Shown piece after piece: positions 30,220-39,488 of a DNA stretch of 64,000 nt (position 1 is its first letter; every line of letters begins with the position of its first letter). Made by a program: the position numbers and the translations under genes. A model generated the notes under the pieces. The model had not been told where the DNA came from. It searched no databases and saw only the letters and a list, made by a program, of their open reading frames with translations. Source of the DNA: Candidatus Falkowbacteria bacterium (GTDB lineage: Bacteria; Patescibacteriota; Patescibacteriia; UBA11705; JABHMO01); NCBI GenBank assembly GCA_018674305.1, contig JABHAL010000002.1:4496-68495 (forward strand), in the 5' to 3' direction.

Positions 30220-30374
30220 AAGTTCAAAACAATAAACAATTTATTACTTGGGGTCTAGGGCGGAGTTCGCCGAAGCAGACGCTTCAAACATGCCAAGACC
30301 CACGCGATTTGAGCCCCAGCGCTTTTTGCGCTACTTTTTGGCGCCAAAAAGTAGCAAAATAAAAAACGACTCTG

Positions 30375-30445
30375 CCTCTTCAAATAAAAAACACTTTTTA
30401 TATCCTGAAACAAGTTCAGGATGACAAAAAGTGTTTTTTTGTTGC
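30375..30445. terminator. nested bidirectional hairpin between convergent genes
   Basis: AAAAACACTTTTT ... AAAAAGTGTTTTTTT outer stem enclosing CCTGAAC-aagt-TCAGG. A/T runs on both sides. Confidence 0.4.
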
Positions 30446-30457
30446 TGAAAACTAAAC

Positions 30458-30970
30458 TTACTCTGGTTCAGGACCTACTGGATCTGGACTTATAAAATCT
30501 TCTGCTTTCTCCTTTAATTCCTGTATGTCCTCGTAAGTATCCTTGGCTTTTTCATAGCCCTCTTGTACATCCTCAATTGTCTCTTTGGCCTGTTCATACT
30601 TCTGCTGAAGATCCTCAAAATTTTCTTTAGTCTCGCCAATCAACTGTTCTCCCTGCTCAATCCCCTGTTTAACATCTTCTTTTCCTTGTGGTAAAATCTT
30701 TTCAATCTGTTCCTTTTTATTATAGTAATCATCCACTATGTTAGTTTTTATACTCCGCACAAAATAAAAGATAACAAGAATAGCAAGACACAACACAATA
30801 AATATCATCCAGCAACACATCTTGTTCGTTGAATGTTTTCTTTTTTCTTTCTTGCTATCATTCGACTCACGTTTCGAATCTTTCAAATGCTTTCTCTTTT
30901 CTTCCAAATACTGATGGTTTTCCACTGCAAAATCTATCTCTCGTTTTATTTTTTCATTTGAATGTTTCAT
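30458..30970 (-). CDS. membrane-anchored coiled-coil protein with tandem 11-mer-like E/K/Q repeats
   Basis: Basic N-terminus, one TM (CWMIFIVLCLAILVIFYFV), then repeats of the form QKYEQAKETIEDVQEGYEKAKDTYEDIQE. Confidence 0.5.
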   Translation of the reverse strand: MKHSNEKIKREIDFAVENHQYLEEKRKHLKDSKRESNDSKKEKRKHSTNKMCCWMIFIVLCLAILVIFYFVRSIKTNIVDDYYNKKEQIEKILPQGKEDVKQGIEQGEQLIGETKENFEDLQQKYEQAKETIEDVQEGYEKAKDTYEDIQELKEKAEDFISPDPVGPEPE

Positions 30971-31542
30971 TTTTCACGAATACTTAAATCATAAAGAATT
31001 TGTTGCGCTTTTTGTAATGACCGTTTAGCTTGATCAAACTTAGTTCGCAAGTAACCCCCGTAATTGTACTGCATAAGTTCATGAATAATACCATCTATAA
31101 CTTCAGAGGCCTTTTTCACTTTTTCAATCTCACCTCTAGTCGTCCAAAGAATCATCATTCGAACAATTTCCCCAGTCAAATCTGACAAACCCCCAATATA
31201 TTCATCTGGCAACACAAAAAATTCTTCAACACCATCAATTTTTCTCCCTTCAATAAAGTCACTAAATAATTTAGCTTCTACATATTCTTCTACTGCCGCC
31301 TTCCAAGCACCTTCAATTCGGAGCTTACCATCTTTCCCAAAACGCTCTTCTAAACTAATAAGTCCTTTTTTTGACTCTTTAATTTTTTCTTCGGCTTCAG
31401 CCTTATTATCTCTTTGTAAAGCAAAAATTGCCTGTTTCGCTGATTGTAAGGCACCTGAACTTTCACCGATAATCTTTCGTCTGGAGATGTCATATTCAGT
31501 TTGACCTTGCAACACACCTTGCCAGAATTTTTTATTAAGCAT
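30967..31542 (-). CDS. translin-family-like all-helical protein
   Basis: EYIGGLSDLTGEIVRMMI matches the translin/TRAX GLxDLTGEL(M/R)R motif. About 190 aa, predicted helical. Confidence 0.4.
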   Translation of the reverse strand: MLNKKFWQGVLQGQTEYDISRRKIIGESSGALQSAKQAIFALQRDNKAEAEEKIKESKKGLISLEERFGKDGKLRIEGAWKAAVEEYVEAKLFSDFIEGRKIDGVEEFFVLPDEYIGGLSDLTGEIVRMMILWTTRGEIEKVKKASEVIDGIIHELMQYNYGGYLRTKFDQAKRSLQKAQQILYDLSIREK

Positions 31543-31633
31543 AATAATTATGAGTAGTAAGTGATGAGCCCGCCTAATGACAGGCAGGTAGTGAGTGATA
31601 TATTTAAACCAGTTACTATTTACACTTTACTCT

Positions 31634-32629
31634 TTACTTTAAATATTTATATTTATTAGTTACATGTTCATCGTGATTTTTACTGTAAATTATATCGCCT
31701 TCAGGAGTATTCAAAAAATACCAATAATTAGTTTTTTCAGGATACACCACCGCCTTAATTGCTTCAATACTAGGATTACAGATTGGACCTGGTGGCAATC
31801 CTGGATATTTGTATGTGTTATACAAACTATCAACCTGAGTATCCACTAAACTCGGAGCAGCAATCCCCTTGTCAGTTACAAAATTTACAGTAGCATCGGA
31901 CTGCAAGGCCATACCAATCTCCAATCGCTTATTAAAAATATCAGCAACCACTTGCCGGTTCTTATAACCAAACATTTCTTTCTCAACTATACTTGCCAAA
32001 GTCACAACTTCAAAAACAGTCTTGCCCTGTCTTTTTATTTCTTTTCGTATTTCATCAGTTAATTTTGAGTCAAAGTTACTCAACATTTTTTCAGCAATCT
32101 TACCCACAGAACTATTTTGATACACTCGATAAGTATCAGGATATAAATATCCTTGTAAGTCAGCGGACCTTGGCTTATCAATCAAAAAGAAAAAACTTTT
32201 GTCATTAAATTTATCACTATATTCAATTAACTCACCGGCTTTAATTAAACCTTCACTTGCCAGAGACTCGTCCATTTGTTCCACACTCCATCCTTCCAGT
32301 AACGTAAATTCAGTTTCTTTTGCGGCACCCATTGTTTCAGTTAAAAAATTCGCAATTTCTTTCAAGCTAAGGTCTGTACGTAGCTCAAAAGTACCGTCAA
32401 CAAACTCAGATCTTTTGCCCGAAGAGGCTACATAGACCTTGAACCAAAATGGGCTCTTAATAAAACCTTGGGACTGTAAATTGTCTGCAATAGCTTCAAC
32501 ACCCTGCCCTTTTTCAATAATAAACTGCCTTTCTCCAAAAGCATTATCATGTGTAGTATTAACCTGCTGATAAAAATAAATTATAAAAATTAAGAATATG
32601 ACGACAATTACACCAACAACTTTTCTCAT
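31634..32629 (-). CDS. mltG: endolytic murein transglycosylase MltG (YceG family)
   Basis: N-terminal TM, YceG-like domain with LYNTYKYPGLPPGPICNPS. Confidence 0.8.
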   Translation of the reverse strand: MRKVVGVIVVIFLIFIIYFYQQVNTTHDNAFGERQFIIEKGQGVEAIADNLQSQGFIKSPFWFKVYVASSGKRSEFVDGTFELRTDLSLKEIANFLTETMGAAKETEFTLLEGWSVEQMDESLASEGLIKAGELIEYSDKFNDKSFFFLIDKPRSADLQGYLYPDTYRVYQNSSVGKIAEKMLSNFDSKLTDEIRKEIKRQGKTVFEVVTLASIVEKEMFGYKNRQVVADIFNKRLEIGMALQSDATVNFVTDKGIAAPSLVDTQVDSLYNTYKYPGLPPGPICNPSIEAIKAVVYPEKTNYWYFLNTPEGDIIYSKNHDEHVTNKYKYLK

Positions 32630-32632
32630 ATA

Positions 32633-33715
32633 TTATAAATATTTATTCATGTTATTTTCTTTAAGTTTTTCCACAACCTTTTTTACCTTTTGAGCTTTTC
32701 CTTTGGGACAGATCATCAGCACATCCTCTGTGTCAACTACAACTAAGTCCTCGATTTCAATGCCCACAATTAGTTTATCACTCTTGCTATAAATCAAACA
32801 GTTTGCACTATCTTGACTGATATAATTACCATTTATCACATTACCATTTTTGTCACTTTTAGATTTCTGAGATTCATGTAACACATCAAAAGCACCAACA
32901 TCACTCCAACCAAAATCACCCTTAATAATCAAAACATCTTTAACATCAATCTTTTCAGTTATAGCATAGTCAAAAGAAGTTTTTTCCATTTGTGAAAAAG
33001 CCAAATTAACTTTACCTAAATCATTTTGCTTAAAAGCTTCTACCATTTGTTCTAAGTATAAATAATGTCCTGGACAATATTTCTCAAAAGCCTGTAAAAT
33101 TTTTCTTGGTGTCCACATGTAATAATTAGCATGCCATAAATAATCTCCAGCTGCTAAATATTCTTTTGCCACCTCAAATTCTGGCTTTTCAACATGTCCT
33201 TTGAATTCATAAACCTCAATCCCATTATTAGCCTCAACTTTTTTACCAATTCGGGTATAACCAAGAACTGTGCTAGGGAAAGTTGGCCAAACAGCAATGT
33301 CCAACATTTTTCCAGTATCACGAATCAACTGATCCGCCCGTTTAATCATCCTAATAAATTTAGTAGTATAACTAATATAATGATCTGAAGGAATAAAAGC
33401 AATTGGTTCATCCGGAAATTCAATTGACAACTTTGCGGCCACAAAGCCCATAGCAGCAGCAGTATCCCTTTTTTCTGGTTCAATAATGTAGTTTTGTTCT
33501 GGAATATCTGGAACCAAACTTTTTGCTTGGCTCAACAGCTTATCATTTAAACAAACATAAATATCATTGACATCAAAATCATTACGAAACCGGTCAATGG
33601 TTGTTTCATACAAAGTTTTGTCGCCTACAAGACGACTGAACTGCTTGGGTTTATTTTGTCGACTAAGCGGCCAAAGTCGGGTTCCTCCACCTCCAGCCAA
33701 AATGACTATTTTCAT
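32633..33715 (-). CDS. sugar-phosphate nucleotidyltransferase (mannose-1-phosphate guanylyltransferase-like)
   Basis: MKIVILAGGGGTRLWPLS is the NTP-transferase GxGxR motif, followed by a left-handed beta-helix/cupin-like C-terminus. Confidence 0.7.
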   Translation of the reverse strand: MKIVILAGGGGTRLWPLSRQNKPKQFSRLVGDKTLYETTIDRFRNDFDVNDIYVCLNDKLLSQAKSLVPDIPEQNYIIEPEKRDTAAAMGFVAAKLSIEFPDEPIAFIPSDHYISYTTKFIRMIKRADQLIRDTGKMLDIAVWPTFPSTVLGYTRIGKKVEANNGIEVYEFKGHVEKPEFEVAKEYLAAGDYLWHANYYMWTPRKILQAFEKYCPGHYLYLEQMVEAFKQNDLGKVNLAFSQMEKTSFDYAITEKIDVKDVLIIKGDFGWSDVGAFDVLHESQKSKSDKNGNVINGNYISQDSANCLIYSKSDKLIVGIEIEDLVVVDTEDVLMICPKGKAQKVKKVVEKLKENNMNKYL

Positions 33716-33756
33716 ATATATAAAATTTACTGTAAATTTAAGAAAAAATCAAGTTT

Positions 33757-34572
33757 TTATTTAACTAATAGCCAAATTAACAACAATAATGCTAACCCTA
33801 ATCTATACCAAGCAAACACATTTAGCTTGTTCTTCTGCAAGAATTTCATCAAAAACTTTATTACTATATAACCGACAACAAATGAACTCAAAAAGCCAAT
33901 AATAAACAAAGCCATTTCAACTGGCGGTAGTTCGCCCCATTCTATATCCAAAAACTTAAATAAACCCGCGCCTAAAACCACAGGCACACTCAAAAGGAAG
34001 GAAAATCGAGCGGCTTCATAACGCTTCATTTTTGTACTCATTCCTGCTACAATAGTTATACCAGAACGAGAAACGCCAGGAATTAGAGCCAAGGCCTGGG
34101 CACAACCGATATAAAATGCCTGCCAAAATCCAATTTCCGAAAAATTCTTTTTCTGTCTAGAAAATCTTTCAGCTGCAAAAAACAGTACTGAAACTAACAC
34201 TAACGTAATAACAACTGTCCAGGAATTCCGAAAAACATTTTTAATCTGCTCTTCAAAAAGAAAACCAATTATGGCTGCCGGGATTGTGCCATAAATCAAA
34301 AGGCCAACTTCGCTTAAATCCTTTTTATTAACCTGGCGATTCGGAATAAATAGCTCCAAAACTGCTACTATATACTTCAGTAATTCAACTCGAAAGTAAA
34401 TCACCACTGCCAACAATGTCCCCAAATGCAAAGCCACATCAAACGCCAAACTATCTTGAAGATTAAATTTTAACAAATCGTGAAGAATCACCAAATGCCC
34501 AGAACTGGAAACTGGAATAAACTCAGTTATCCCTTGAACTATTCCTAAAATTAAAGAGTAAAAATATAACAT
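33757..34572 (-). CDS. uppP: undecaprenyl-diphosphate phosphatase UppP/BacA
   Basis: Eight TM helices. SRSGITI and PGVSRSG motifs. Confidence 0.85.
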   Translation of the reverse strand: MLYFYSLILGIVQGITEFIPVSSSGHLVILHDLLKFNLQDSLAFDVALHLGTLLAVVIYFRVELLKYIVAVLELFIPNRQVNKKDLSEVGLLIYGTIPAAIIGFLFEEQIKNVFRNSWTVVITLVLVSVLFFAAERFSRQKKNFSEIGFWQAFYIGCAQALALIPGVSRSGITIVAGMSTKMKRYEAARFSFLLSVPVVLGAGLFKFLDIEWGELPPVEMALFIIGFLSSFVVGYIVIKFLMKFLQKNKLNVFAWYRLGLALLLLIWLLVK

Positions 34573-34666
34573 ATTATACTATCAGCAAGACATGTAAGAC
34601 GAGCAAGACGAGTTTGATCAAAAAACTTGTAACGCTTGTTTCACTTGTCTCGCTTGTCTCGCTCGT

Positions 34667-35095
34667 ATGAACTATCAACTTATTATTGTGCCGCTAATGG
34701 CGGCAATTATTGCTCAACTTATTAAATTAATTATCAACGGAATTCAAGACAAATTTTCCTGGAAAGACTTGAACAGTTATGGTGGGATGCCCTCATCTCA
34801 CGCAGCCCTAGTCACAGCATTATTTGCTATCACCGGCCATTTCGAAGGCTGGGATAGTGCTGCTGCCGCATTAGCTTTAATTCTAGCAGTAATTGTAATT
34901 CGCGACGCAGGTGGCTTTAGAATGGTATTAGGTCGACACGCACAAGAACTAAATCTTTTAGTTCATGGCCTTAAGTCAGCCGAAGGCGCCAAGTTCAACC
35001 ACTTAAAAGAAAGACTTGGCCACACTCCACTTGAACTATTTTTCGGTGCCTTAACTGGGGTATTGATTGTAGTTTTATATATTCTAATTTTTTAG
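34667..35095 (+). CDS. divergent PAP2-family membrane protein (YuiD/DUF212-like)
   Basis: GGMPSSHAALVTALF ... RDAGGFR are the acid-phosphatase-like motifs of the divergent PAP2 family. Confidence 0.7.
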   Translation: MNYQLIIVPLMAAIIAQLIKLIINGIQDKFSWKDLNSYGGMPSSHAALVTALFAITGHFEGWDSAAAALALILAVIVIRDAGGFRMVLGRHAQELNLLVHGLKSAEGAKFNHLKERLGHTPLELFFGALTGVLIVVLYILIF

Positions 35096-35100
35096 CTTCC

Positions 35101-35970
35101 TTATTTCTGACATTCAGGACAATAGCTGGACGTACGTCCGGCTATTTTTATTCTTCTCAACTCAGAGTTCTCACACATCAAACAAGGTTTTCCAACTCTA
35201 CCGTAAACTTTCAAAAACTTTTGAAATCCTCCAAGTTGTCCTTCACTATTCAGATAATTGCTAAACGAAGTTCCTTGATATTTTATAGCTTTTTGTAAAA
35301 TTTTTGTTGTATTAATAAATATTTTTTTTCTTTCAACCTTGCTCAAGGTTTTTATCCGTCTTTGTGGTTTAACGCCTGCGGCGAAACAAGTTTCATCAAC
35401 GTAAATATTACCTAAGCCTGAAATGTCCTTTTGTTCAAGAAGCAGTACTTTAATCATTTGGTTTGGGCGTTTACTCAAGACTTTATTAAAATATTCAAAA
35501 GTATAATCTTTATCAATTGGTTCAACCCCATACCGTGCTTTTGCTTGTTCCATTTCAAGTTTATCAACTAATTTCAAATAACCAAATTTTCTTACATCAT
35601 TAAAATATAGTCGCGAACCATCAATAAAGTCAAACTGTACTCGCGTAAATTTATTTGGCAAAACTTCTTGATTTTGAATAGGATGCCCACCTGCCACCAG
35701 ACTACCCTTACTCGACTGGTAAACTAATTGCCCAGTCATTATCAAATGAACTAGTATAAAATCGTCGCTTGTTATTTTAAAAATCAACAACTTTCCCTTT
35801 CTTTCGATATCTTTAATTTTCTCATCTTTCAATAATTTAATAAACTTCCCGGCATTTGGGGAAATTTTATTTTTAAAACTGGATTCAATCCAAACTCTTT
35901 TAATTTTTTTATTTAAAACTTTAGAAACTAAACCCAGACGAATTGTTTCAACTTCTGGCAATTCTGGCAT
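35101..35970 (-). CDS. mutM: formamidopyrimidine-DNA glycosylase (Fpg/MutM)
   Basis: MPELPEVE N-terminus with catalytic Pro2, H2TH domain, C-terminal zinc finger CLMCENS...CPECQ. Confidence 0.85.
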   Translation of the reverse strand: MPELPEVETIRLGLVSKVLNKKIKRVWIESSFKNKISPNAGKFIKLLKDEKIKDIERKGKLLIFKITSDDFILVHLIMTGQLVYQSSKGSLVAGGHPIQNQEVLPNKFTRVQFDFIDGSRLYFNDVRKFGYLKLVDKLEMEQAKARYGVEPIDKDYTFEYFNKVLSKRPNQMIKVLLLEQKDISGLGNIYVDETCFAAGVKPQRRIKTLSKVERKKIFINTTKILQKAIKYQGTSFSNYLNSEGQLGGFQKFLKVYGRVGKPCLMCENSELRRIKIAGRTSSYCPECQK

Positions 35971-36076
35971 AGAACACAAATATCGCACAAATATTGCACC
36001 AATATTACGCAAATATTATTACAATATTGGTTAAATATCTGTCTAATCTCTGTTTAATATTTCATAAACTTAAAGC

Positions 36077-37660
36077 CTAAATTAACGACCGCCCTGACAT
36101 TTCATCAGGAATATCAATATTCATCATTTTTAAAATCGTTGGTGCAACATCAGACAAAAGACCAATCGGCTGAACTAAACTTAAATCATTGCCTACCAAC
36201 TGAACATCCTCGATTGTTTTTCCTTCAAATTGTTTGCCAATCACTAGACACGGCACAGGATTAGTACTATGCTCCTTGTCTTTTTCACCTGTTTGTAAGT
36301 TCACTAACTCTTCAGCATTACCGTGGTCTGCAACTATCATTGCCTGCCCGCCTTTTGATAAAATTAAATTCACAACATCGCCCAACAATTTATCAGTATA
36401 CTCAATTGATTGAACTGTTGGCTTAATTTCACCAGTGTGACTAACCATGTCAGGATTGGCATAATTAACCACAATAAAATCATGTTTCTCACTCATAATC
36501 TCTTTCATCAAATCATCAGTAACTTTCTTGGCTGACATTTCCGGCTTTTCTGAATATGTTGCCACCTTTGGAGAAGGAATTACAATTCTGTCTTCGCCTT
36601 CGTATGGATCCTCCGTTCCACCACTAAAGAAAAAAGTAACATGGGCATACTTTTCAGTTTCCGCAATATGCAACTGTTTGTACCCTTTTTGACTTAAAAT
36701 TTTTGGTAGTGACATCTTGATTTCTTCTTTTGGAAAAATAACTTCTACTGGTAGGCCCTCCTCATATTCTGTCATTGTAGCAAAAAACAAATTTGCAATT
36801 TTTTCACTTCTCTGAAACTTATCAAAATCATCCATAACAAAAGCTTTAGTCAACTGCCTAGCACGATCAGCTCGATAATTGAAATATATCACCGCATCGT
36901 TTTTTTCAACTACAGAAGTTGGCCTTCCATCTTTACCAATTACAACTGGCTCAAACTCTTCATCATAAACTTTATGCTTATAAGAACCCTGAACTGCTTT
37001 TACTGGATTTTTGTAATACTCTTCACTTTTTCCTTCGACCATTGCTCGATATGTTTTTTCTATCCTTTCCCAACGATTATCACGATCCATAGCAAACATA
37101 CGTCCATGCAGAGAAGCCACTACGCCAACACCAATTTCCTTGAATTTTTCCTCAAGTTCTTGAATGAATCCTTCACCACTATTATATGGTGAATCACGGC
37201 CATCTAAAAATGCATGTACATACACTTCTTTAACTTTATTTTTCTTGGCTAATTCCAAAAGACCATAACAATGACTGTTCATACCATGAACCTTACCTTC
37301 ACTCATCAACCCCACAAGATGCAATTTTGAATTATGTTTTTGTACATGAGCAATTGCCTTCTTGAGAGTTTCATTTTCAAAGATTGTCTCATCCTCAATT
37401 GCCTTGCTAATCCTAGGTAAGTTTTGATAAAAAATCTTCCCTACACCTAAATTCAAATGACCAACTTCCGAATTCCCCATTTCACCCCAGGATAACCCCA
37501 CAGCCTCACCTGAAGCTAACAAAGTCATAGCAGGATAATTTGCTACTAATTTATCAAAATTAGGTGTTTTGGCCAAAGTCACACCATTACCTTCTGACGC
37601 TGGAGCAATTCCCCAACCATCAAGAATTATAAGTACAACTGGTTTAGGTATTTTTTGCAT
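36077..37660 (-). CDS. gpmI: 2,3-bisphosphoglycerate-independent phosphoglycerate mutase (iPGM), copy 1
   Basis: PVVLIILDGWGIA and GNSEVGHLNLGVGKI (catalytic Ser), full-length alkaline-phosphatase-like fold. Confidence 0.8.
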   Translation of the reverse strand: MQKIPKPVVLIILDGWGIAPASEGNGVTLAKTPNFDKLVANYPAMTLLASGEAVGLSWGEMGNSEVGHLNLGVGKIFYQNLPRISKAIEDETIFENETLKKAIAHVQKHNSKLHLVGLMSEGKVHGMNSHCYGLLELAKKNKVKEVYVHAFLDGRDSPYNSGEGFIQELEEKFKEIGVGVVASLHGRMFAMDRDNRWERIEKTYRAMVEGKSEEYYKNPVKAVQGSYKHKVYDEEFEPVVIGKDGRPTSVVEKNDAVIYFNYRADRARQLTKAFVMDDFDKFQRSEKIANLFFATMTEYEEGLPVEVIFPKEEIKMSLPKILSQKGYKQLHIAETEKYAHVTFFFSGGTEDPYEGEDRIVIPSPKVATYSEKPEMSAKKVTDDLMKEIMSEKHDFIVVNYANPDMVSHTGEIKPTVQSIEYTDKLLGDVVNLILSKGGQAMIVADHGNAEELVNLQTGEKDKEHSTNPVPCLVIGKQFEGKTIEDVQLVGNDLSLVQPIGLLSDVAPTILKMMNIDIPDEMSGRSLI

Positions 37661-37667
37661 ATTTTGT

Positions 37668-39212
37668 TTATTTTATTAGAGATTTTTTTATTTTTTTTGA
37701 AATATTTTCTTGATTATATAAATCATATACTGTTGGCGCAATATCACCTAGAATACCTTTTCTTAATTTAACCCCCTTGTGTTCATCAGAAACTAGAACA
37801 AACGGGACTGGATTAGTAGTATGCCCAGTCCAAATCTCATTTGTTTTTAAATCAATCATTTTTTCAGCATTACCATGGTCAGCAGTTATAATTATAACAC
37901 CTTTATTTTTTAATACTAGCTTAGTCAATTCACCAATACATTTATCTACATGGTTGACTGCCTCCACGACTGCCTTCAAATTACCCGTATGACCTATCAT
38001 GTCTGGATTAGCAAAATTAATTGCAAAGAAATCGAATTTTTTTCTTTCAATAAATTGTTTTACTTTGTTAGTTATTTTGTAAACACTCATTTCAGGTTTA
38101 AGTGCATAACTTTTCACTCGAGGTGAATTAATTTTAAGCCTTGCTTCACCGTTTACCGGATCAGCTGAACCTCCATTCATAAAGTAAGTAACATGGGCAT
38201 ATTTTTCTGTTTCTGCAATATAAAGCTGTTTTTTGTCATCCAAAATTATTGGCAAAGTTGCATTTAATTCAGCAGCAGGATAGGCAGTTAAAATATGATC
38301 TAAATCTGGGCCAAAATCAGTTAAAGCACAAAACTCCAACCCTTTGTATACTTTAGATCGACGAAAAGCACCTTTATTCATTCTATTAAAATCATGTTGA
38401 ACAAAACATTTGCTCAACTGCCTGGAGCGATCAGAACGCGCATTGAAAAATATCACTCCATCTTTTTCTTTTATTCTAGTCTTTTCTGTCTGCTTTTTGT
38501 CTTTACCAATAACACACGGCTCGATAAACTCATCCGTTTGCTTTTGATTATAAGCATGTACGATCGCATCACGATAATCATTAAAAAATGCTCCTTTTCC
38601 AATAGTCATGCAGTCGTAAGCTTTTTGAGTTCGTTTCCAGTTTTTACCTCGATCCATAGCATAAAACCTACCAATCAAACTAACAATTACAGCTTTACCG
38701 TAAACATTTTTCAATACTTCATCAACAATTTTCAAAGCATGAAACTGCGGCGCATCACGCCCATCCGTAAACAAGTGTAAATATATTTTCCGAAGCCCTT
38801 TACTGTAAGCTAAATCAACCAAAGAATACAAATGATCCAAAGATGAATGTGGACTTTCTCCATCTGAAACCATTCCCATCAAGTGCAAGGCTGATTTATT
38901 TTTTTTGACTACTTCAATTGTTTGATTTAAAGCTGAATTTTTCTTAAATCGTCCATTCAAAATGTCTTCGGAAATCTCAACTGCGTCGTCTTTGACAACT
39001 CTTCCTGCGCCTATATTAATATGCCCAGCCTCAGAATTCCCAACATAATGTTTTGGTAAACCAACATTAAGACCATGAGCTTTTAATTCTGTATGCGGAT
39101 ACTTTTTCCAAAGCAAATCAAAGTTTGGCTTTTTCGCCAACTCAATTGCATTGCCTTTGCTTTTTGGTGCAATTCCCCATCCATCTAGAATTAATAATAC
39201 TACAGGTCCCAT
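37668..39212 (-). CDS. iPGM paralog, copy 2 (tandem duplicate)
   Basis: GPVVLLILDGWGIA and GNSEAGHINIGAGRV. Same architecture, diverged sequence. Confidence 0.75.
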   Translation of the reverse strand: MGPVVLLILDGWGIAPKSKGNAIELAKKPNFDLLWKKYPHTELKAHGLNVGLPKHYVGNSEAGHINIGAGRVVKDDAVEISEDILNGRFKKNSALNQTIEVVKKNKSALHLMGMVSDGESPHSSLDHLYSLVDLAYSKGLRKIYLHLFTDGRDAPQFHALKIVDEVLKNVYGKAVIVSLIGRFYAMDRGKNWKRTQKAYDCMTIGKGAFFNDYRDAIVHAYNQKQTDEFIEPCVIGKDKKQTEKTRIKEKDGVIFFNARSDRSRQLSKCFVQHDFNRMNKGAFRRSKVYKGLEFCALTDFGPDLDHILTAYPAAELNATLPIILDDKKQLYIAETEKYAHVTYFMNGGSADPVNGEARLKINSPRVKSYALKPEMSVYKITNKVKQFIERKKFDFFAINFANPDMIGHTGNLKAVVEAVNHVDKCIGELTKLVLKNKGVIIITADHGNAEKMIDLKTNEIWTGHTTNPVPFVLVSDEHKGVKLRKGILGDIAPTVYDLYNQENISKKIKKSLIK

Positions 39213-39221
39213 AGAATAATC

Positions 39222-39467
39222 TTACATTTGTGAATCAAAACCACTGATGGTATTAATAAAATCTTCTTCAATTTGTTCAGCAGCTTCCGGATTCGTCTTT
39301 TTTAGTTCATCAATCGCCCTGTGTCTGGCACTTTCTGATGCTCTCAAAGCTTCTTTTAACATCGTCATTTTTTCCATCACCAAGGCTTTAGCTTTTTCAA
39401 CTAAAACATCTAAAGTAACTCCCTCTTTTCCTTCAACTGTTCTTGGTATTTCCATCTCTGTATTCAT
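39222..39467 (-). CDS. small helical hypothetical protein (81 aa)
   Basis: Intact ORF between eno and iPGM with no recognisable motif. Confidence 0.4.
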   Translation of the reverse strand: MNTEMEIPRTVEGKEGVTLDVLVEKAKALVMEKMTMLKEALRASESARHRAIDELKKTNPEAAEQIEEDFINTISGFDSQM

Positions 39468-39488
39468 ATTTTTTTTGGAACTTATTAA

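Noticed and set aside
30230-30300. tRNA gene in the GGGGTCTAGGGCGGAGTTCGCC... segment
   Set aside because: No T-loop GTTCGAATC-type motif. The putative acceptor stem does not close (AGACCCA vs GGGGTCT is only partial). No cloverleaf could be drawn.
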